From Octopus vulgaris (lineage: Eukaryota), in contig OX597825.1 of the NCBI GenBank assembly GCA_951406725.2, positions 85,436,001 through 85,500,000 on the forward strand: 64,000 nt of DNA. The letters run 5' to 3'. Of this stretch, positions 57,696 through 64,000 are shown one piece after another. Position 1 is the first letter of the stretch, and the number at the start of each line of letters is the position of its first letter. The notes beneath the pieces were generated by a model. It saw nothing but the letters and a program-made list of their open reading frames with translations, did not search any database and was not told the DNA's origin. The translations under genes were made by a program, and so were the position numbers.

Positions 57696-58663
57696 AACAC
57701 ACATTTGTCAGTATAGACTTACATATTGACGCAGAAGCTCTTCTAAACTTAGCGTTTTTGTCGGTCGAGGGATTTGTATTTAAATCCTTTATATCAGATG
57801 TTTAGTTTATAGTTTCGCAATTAATCTGTGGAGTGGGGTGGGAGAAGGGGGGTGCTTTGTGTTTGTGAGTGGGGAAGGGGTTTGTGTGTAGCACGTAATT
57901 TCGTAATTCATTTGTCTGTCTGTGTGTATGTGTTTGTGTCAGTGTATGGCTGTGTCCTTGAGCGTCGTCTTTGTGAGTGCGTTTCTGTTTATGCGTGCGT
58001 GTTTGTGTGAGTTTGTGTGTGAGTGTGTATGTGTGCATGTGTGAGTGTGTGAGTGTGTGTTTGTGTGTTTGTGTGTTTTTGTATATGTGTGAATGTGTGT
58101 GGCGGGTCCGTGTGTGTGCGGGGGTGTCCGTGTGTGTATGTGTGTGAGTATGCGTGTGTGTAGCGCATAGTTTAATAGCTACTCTGTGTGAGCTCTTTTG
58201 TGATTGGTTGTGTGTTTGTATCAGTGTTTTATGTGTGTGTGTGTGTGCATCCGTGTGTGTATACGTGATTGGTTGTGTGTGTGTGTGTGTGAGTTTATGT
58301 GTATATTTGAAGTGCACGGTTTCATAATCAGTCTGTATGTATGTGGGTGTATGGGTGTGTATGCAGAGAGGACGTGTGTGTGTGTGTGTGCGTTATTGAA
58401 AATCATAATAGAAGTTTCACAGTGAAAAACAATAACGCCGCCATTCTCTGTAGAATGACTTCACTGATCTCGTATCTTGAAGTTGTTACAAGTTTGCTGG
58501 TCGATAAATTCAGCTCCGAATATAACGGATCACTGGTATAAACCAGAATCGTTGAATGAACCAAAGAATTACACCAGTACACACACATATAAACGAACAC
58601 ACACGCATGAATACCATATGTATACATACACACACACACACACACGTACACACACGCACACAC

Positions 58664-58716
<53 letters not shown>

Positions 58717-59005
58717 GATATATATATGTATATATATATATTCAGAGAGAAAGAGAGGGAGAGATTCATAATACATTCTTTCAGGATGAATAATGATATA
58801 ATTTTATAAATTTTTTCTGAAATTTAAAAAACCAGAATAGCAAATTAATTTATATTTATTCATTTGTTCTGTAATTGTGTATTCGCATTTCGCATTCCCA
58901 TCTCTGCTATCTCGTTGGTACAACTGTTGCTTCAGAGGGCAAAACGGAAAAAGAAGATTATAACGTTTCATAAATACATGTACATATATATATATATGTG
59001 AGTGT

Positions 59006-59038
<33 letters not shown>

Positions 59039-59108
59039 TGTGTGGGAGAGAGAGAGGGAAAGTGTGTGCGTGTATATATATACACATACATGCATATACA
59101 TATATATA

Positions 59109-59146
<38 letters not shown>

Positions 59147-59524
59147 CATATATTAGAAGGTCTGGAGATGATGTACAGGTATTATATATTAGAAGAAATG
59201 AGGTACTCAGAAATCTGGATGGTTTTATATTTATAGATACTTATTTTTTATAAATCATATATCATATATTAGGGCTTTCGTCCACTCTAGTGGTGTAGTC
59301 AAATTGAACTTTTGCAGGAATTTTGTCTCTTTTTATAGTATTATTGAGTGCCTAGGGGTGGAGAGAGATATAAGATAGTACAAGAGGGTGAGGAATAGGG
59401 AGAAAGTGAGAGAGAGCGCGCGTGTGTGTGTATATATATATATGTGTGTGAGTGTGTGTGTTTGTATCTGAAAGTAATGTTAAAGAAAAAGAGAAGGAAA
59501 GGAAGAAGAAAAAAATTGTTGATA

Positions 59525-59680
59525 TCTTTATTTTCTCTCCTTGTTTTTTTCTGTGGTCCTTTCTGGGGAAGAGCGTAGGCTCGAAAACTTAACGACATTT
59601 TCACTTCCCGAGCATTATAATAATACATCTGTTTGTTGTCTACACCACCTGTCTTCGTCTTTTTTTGTGACTTCTCCCTA
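59525..59680. repeat. Dispersed repeat end abutting (TA)n; inverted partial copy at about 24095-24143
   Basis: GTTGTCTACACCACCTGTCTTCGTCTTTTTTGTGA is the reverse complement of a close variant of ACAGAAAAACAAAAGATGAAGACAGGTGTATAAACAAC at about 24107. Contains GAAGAGCGTAGGCTCGAAAAC, a possible decayed hammerhead stem II. Confidence 0.55.
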
Positions 59681-59683
59681 TAT

Positions 59684-59716
<33 letters not shown>

Positions 59717-60727
59717 AACACGAACACATACATGCAGTCATTCATTCATACTGTATCGATCTCTATTATTTTAAAGTCTCAGTCACATTGCATCAGGTAC
59801 TATTAATCGACCTACTAAGTTGTAAGACCACAGCATAAACAAGGCCACGGACATTCACATGTACACATGTAGGCGCACTTTCATACACAAATATAATGAG
59901 CGTGCACATGCACACACATATACACAGTCGTTTATTACTACATCTTGTGTGTGTGTGTGTGTGTGTGTGTGTTGTGTGTGTATGTGTGTGTGTGTGTGTG
60001 TGTGATGGTGGGGACGTATCTGGCAATGTTTATGTCTGTTCCTTTGAAGAATTCTCTTTGGAGAGCAATTATTATTTCTTCCAACAGAGAAGTGGGTCTG
60101 AGATGTATTCAATGAGAAGCTAAACGGAGGTTTCTTTTAAATATATTTATTTGACGATCCTTCAGCTTAAGAATCGGTAGAGGGAGTGGGGCAGAGGGGG
60201 GGGGGGAGAAAGTTGAAAGAAGAAATGGAAGGATAAAAAAAAAATTCGTCTCCAAGATTACCATTATGGTCTTTAGTGCTCCGAGTTCTTGCAGTGAAGT
60301 GTTTAGCATGCTGCAGGAAAAAGATGAATAGCAGAACCTGATTTTAATCGATGGAAGATGATTTCAGTATGGTCGTGTGGATTGTGAAGAGAGGGAAGAA
60401 AGAAGAGAGTGATGCTTGAGAGAGGAAGAGAGAGAGAGAGAAGAGTGAGAGAGGAAAGGTAGTGATGGGTGGAAGCAGAGAATATCTAGAACGACAGAAA
60501 GATAAGAAAATGAAGATATATTTTGGTAGGAATAAAAATAGCGAAAGATAAAGAGAAAGAGAGAGGGAAAGAGAGAAGTGAGAGACACTGCGATCTGTGT
60601 GTGTGTGTGTACATATATGGCCATATATATATAAATATATACATGTATACATATATATGTGCATACCCATATATGTATATATAAATATATGATATACCCC
60701 TCTATATAGATACACACACATCCACAC

Positions 60728-60830
<103 letters not shown>

Positions 60831-60901
60831 TTTGTGTATATGAACAAGGAGAGATGTAAATAAGATGATATGTAGAATGCATATGGATATGTATATATAC
60901 A

Positions 60902-60952
<51 letters not shown>

Positions 60953-62076
60953 CTTAAACTGCGGTCAAAGTAAGCATCAACTGAAATGGACGAGAAGTAA
61001 AATAGAGCGAATGAATATCTGTAAGTGTGCTTGTGTGTATGTGGATATATGTGTGAGTTAGTGTACGTGTGTGTGTGTGTGTGTGTATATATAGAGTGTT
61101 CGTGTGTGTGTGTATGTGTATATAGTGTTCGTGTGTGTGTGTGTATGAGAGAGAGAGGTGGGGGGAGATTGGATAATGATTAAAGGAAATATTTTCTGCC
61201 AGCTGAATGGATTCTGGTGCAGAATGGTCTTCAGTAAATTGATAGAATGATTCCTGTGAGAGAATGACGGTAATTAATGGTTTAATGTATAGCAATGGCA
61301 CCACAGACAGACGGTCCCGTGAATAGGGTAATAGACAATGAACCGGGAGGTCACCAGTTCAAACCGTATGACAGCACTAGCACTGATAGCATTTTGTGTT
61401 TTTCGGTAAAAGCATTTAACTCTTCAATGACCCCGAACCGCCATCACCGGCCCAAAGTGAGCAAAAGATAACGTCACCCCCACCCCCACCCCGCCGCTGC
61501 AACTGCTAAAAATAGCAGCAAATTTTCTTTGATGTCAAATATCACTGTGTCAAGCAAAGAAGAACACGTGGGATAACGTAGAACTAAAAAGGCGTGATGA
61601 TCGTGGCTAGAATACTTTTGACTAATCAAGACCGGCCAGGGACTAAAAAGAAACTATAGCAGTAAAAATGGTGATCCAAACAGCGAGATTTTGTAGCTAC
61701 TTGCCCAGCTAAAAATAACAGTTACATTCTCCCTTAAATCCTATCTGTTTACCAATGATATTGTGATGCTATGGCTGGAGACAAACAACTATACTCAAGT
61801 GTTATGACAGACAATGAACATTTCAATTATGCAAGCAGTTGTAGCATAGTAAAGTTGCCGAGTGTTTCGTTACCAGGTAAATTTTCGAAGTGTTGGTCAA
61901 CAGATTTATAAGACATTCCACCCGTAACCATCTCATCTTTGCCTCCCTGCTGTCTTTTTTTTTTCTTTCTTTTTTGACTGCAATTTACAGAAGTCTCTCA
62001 ATTTCCATTCTGACTGAGTATTACTGGTTGTCATGGACCATAATTTTCCGAACTGGTTTTGGTACCTGTGCTAGCC

Positions 62077-62390
62077 CAGGGGTTGTCAACCATTTTTTAC
62101 CGGTGGACCTCTTTGCTTGCTATTTTATTCTATGTTGAAAAGTCCTGTTGTAGTTTTATAATTAAATACCTTTGGAAATTGCATAAAAATTGTTAAAATG
62201 TTTTGTGTATTGTAGAGATATTTAACCAGGTTATTTCACATAAAATTTCCTATTCTGAAGCACAATTTTTTCATGGGCCCCAAATTTACTATATTGTATT
62301 TGCGGACCCTCTTCAGCCTCCAAATCTTATATGGTGTCCCAGGATCCGTATGGAGCCCGATCGCAGACATAGAGACTTACTCACCACTCG
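62077..62390 (+). mobile_element. Possible hAT-type MITE remnant
   Basis: Starts CAGGGGTTGTCAACC (hAT/Charlie-like terminus) with internal GGACC(C/T) repeats; the right TIR and 8-bp TSD could not be resolved. Confidence 0.35.
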
Positions 62391-63676
62391 CACTTAACCG
62401 AGAGAAACATCGTAAGTGTAATAACTGGAGGGAGAGGGGGTTGCGGCTCCATCGAACAGCTGTTCATTTACAGCCGAGCAGACTGGTGCAATGTGAAATG
62501 AAGTACCCCAATGTGTCGATTTGTCCAGGTATTGAACTCTCGACCTGAAGATCTTGAGTTGAATGCCCAATCAACCAGGCCATGTACCTTCAGTTTCTAC
62601 TCCGCGTATGAGTATGGGTGTCACGTATTGAACCCTGAACCCCAGCCATCCCAGTTGACTTGTTCTGGATGCAAAACGTAAGCACTAAGGCCCGCCAATG
62701 GTGTTTCGAAACTGATTTATGCATTTCAGCACCTCAAAACTCGAACCAACGAACTCTTGGCCGACAAACGTGACCCGTTTCCTTTCCTGCCATTAATATA
62801 ATATCTATGGCGAAGACAACTTACATTGTGTGCCAGCCGTGACCATCCTAACTTTTAGTTGAATATAATATGTAAGACTACATTTTGCAATATATTCTTT
62901 GCTGCTGCTGCTGTTGTTGTTGTTGTTGTTGTTGTTGTTGCAGTTATGCTGTTCCAGTAAATCTCCGATTAAGTTGATCTATCATCAATATCCTTCCAAC
63001 CGTGACCATTTCATGTGTTTGTCAATCAGACACTACAATGTCAAAATGCGACCTTTTTTTATTGAGGTGGTTGCATCTTGTTACAGTAAGACTTAACATG
63101 AGGAAGACCGAACTACTATTTCTATGACGAAGAAATTAATCTCTTAATAACCTGGTCTTGAGTTCAATCACAACGCGCAGTACACTGGGCAATTATCTTC
63201 TACAATAGTCTTGGATCGACCACAGACGGAAACTACAGAAGCGTATCGGAAAGTTCGCCTCCTTTCTTACGTGAACACCCCCATTAGTTTCTTAGGCATT
63301 TTAAAGTTGAGACCCGTCTGTTACAATCATTTTAGGTCGGTTCTCATGTCTGAGTGCAACTCCTTCCTTCATCCTCCCCTCACAATTGTCTCGGAGTCTA
63401 AAAATTCTTATGGTGCCGCTTTCAGTAATTTTTTAAAGAAATGTCATTAAGAAAAAAAAACGAGAGAGACACAGAGAGAGACAGGGAGAGAGCGTGAGAG
63501 AGAGAGAGAGAGAGAGAGAGGTAACGGTGGTTATATGGTTGAGTGATGCTCACTTGATTGGGTGTCACCCTAACAAGATGGATGGATATAGTAAGAAGAC
63601 CAATCAATTCTAAACACAACCACCAATCAGAAGAATCTCTTAATTCTGATCTCAACCAAAATCAGCTCCCTCTTGT

Positions 63677-63979
63677 TTTCCTCCTCCTCCTCCTCCTCGT
63701 CCTTCTTTTTCTTTTTCTTTTTTTCTTCTTCTTCTCTTCTTCTTCTCCTTCTTCTTCTTCTTCTTCTCCTTCTTCTCCTTCTTCTTCTTCTTCTTCTTCT
63801 TCTCCTTCTTCTCCTTCTTCTTCTTCTCCTTCTTCTCCTTCTTCTTCTCCTCTTCCTCCTCCTTCTTCTTCTTCTTCTTCTTCTTCTTCTTCTTCTTCTA
63901 CTTCCTCTTCTTCTTCTTCTTCTTCTTCTTCTTCTTCTTCTTCTTCTTCTTCTTCTTCTTCTTCTTCTCCTTCTTCTTC
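63677..63979. repeat. (CTT/CCT)n polypyrimidine tract of about 300 bp
   Basis: Directly visible; almost pure pyrimidine on the plus strand. Confidence 0.97.
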
Positions 63980-64000
63980 ATATAAATCAGTTTTATATAA

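Overview
AT-rich, extremely microsatellite-dense eukaryotic DNA, intronic or intergenic in character. The tRNA-headed SINE families and the (TA)/(CA)/(TATG)/(TAA) density suggest an octopod cephalopod (inference). I find no host protein-coding exon, tRNA, rRNA or CRISPR array that I can support; nearly all listed ORFs are translated microsatellites. The readable content is transposon debris: at least seven fragments of R4/Dong-like restriction-like-endonuclease (RLE) LINEs, all abutting (TAA)n tracts in the same polarity, plus a non-coding passenger in the same target; a CR1-type LINE 3' end whose tail is shared with a SINE family; an RTE remnant; two mariner derivatives, one a fold-back; a Tc1-type MITE; two non-autonomous Helitrons; Penelope-like remnants (GIY-YIG fragments, a degenerate hammerhead motif, head-to-head hairpins beside (TA)n); and three SINE families. 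The most interesting signal is that different mobile-element classes occupy different microsatellite types. All alignments were done by eye, so boundaries are approximate. I cannot claim a genuinely new biological system from this window alone.
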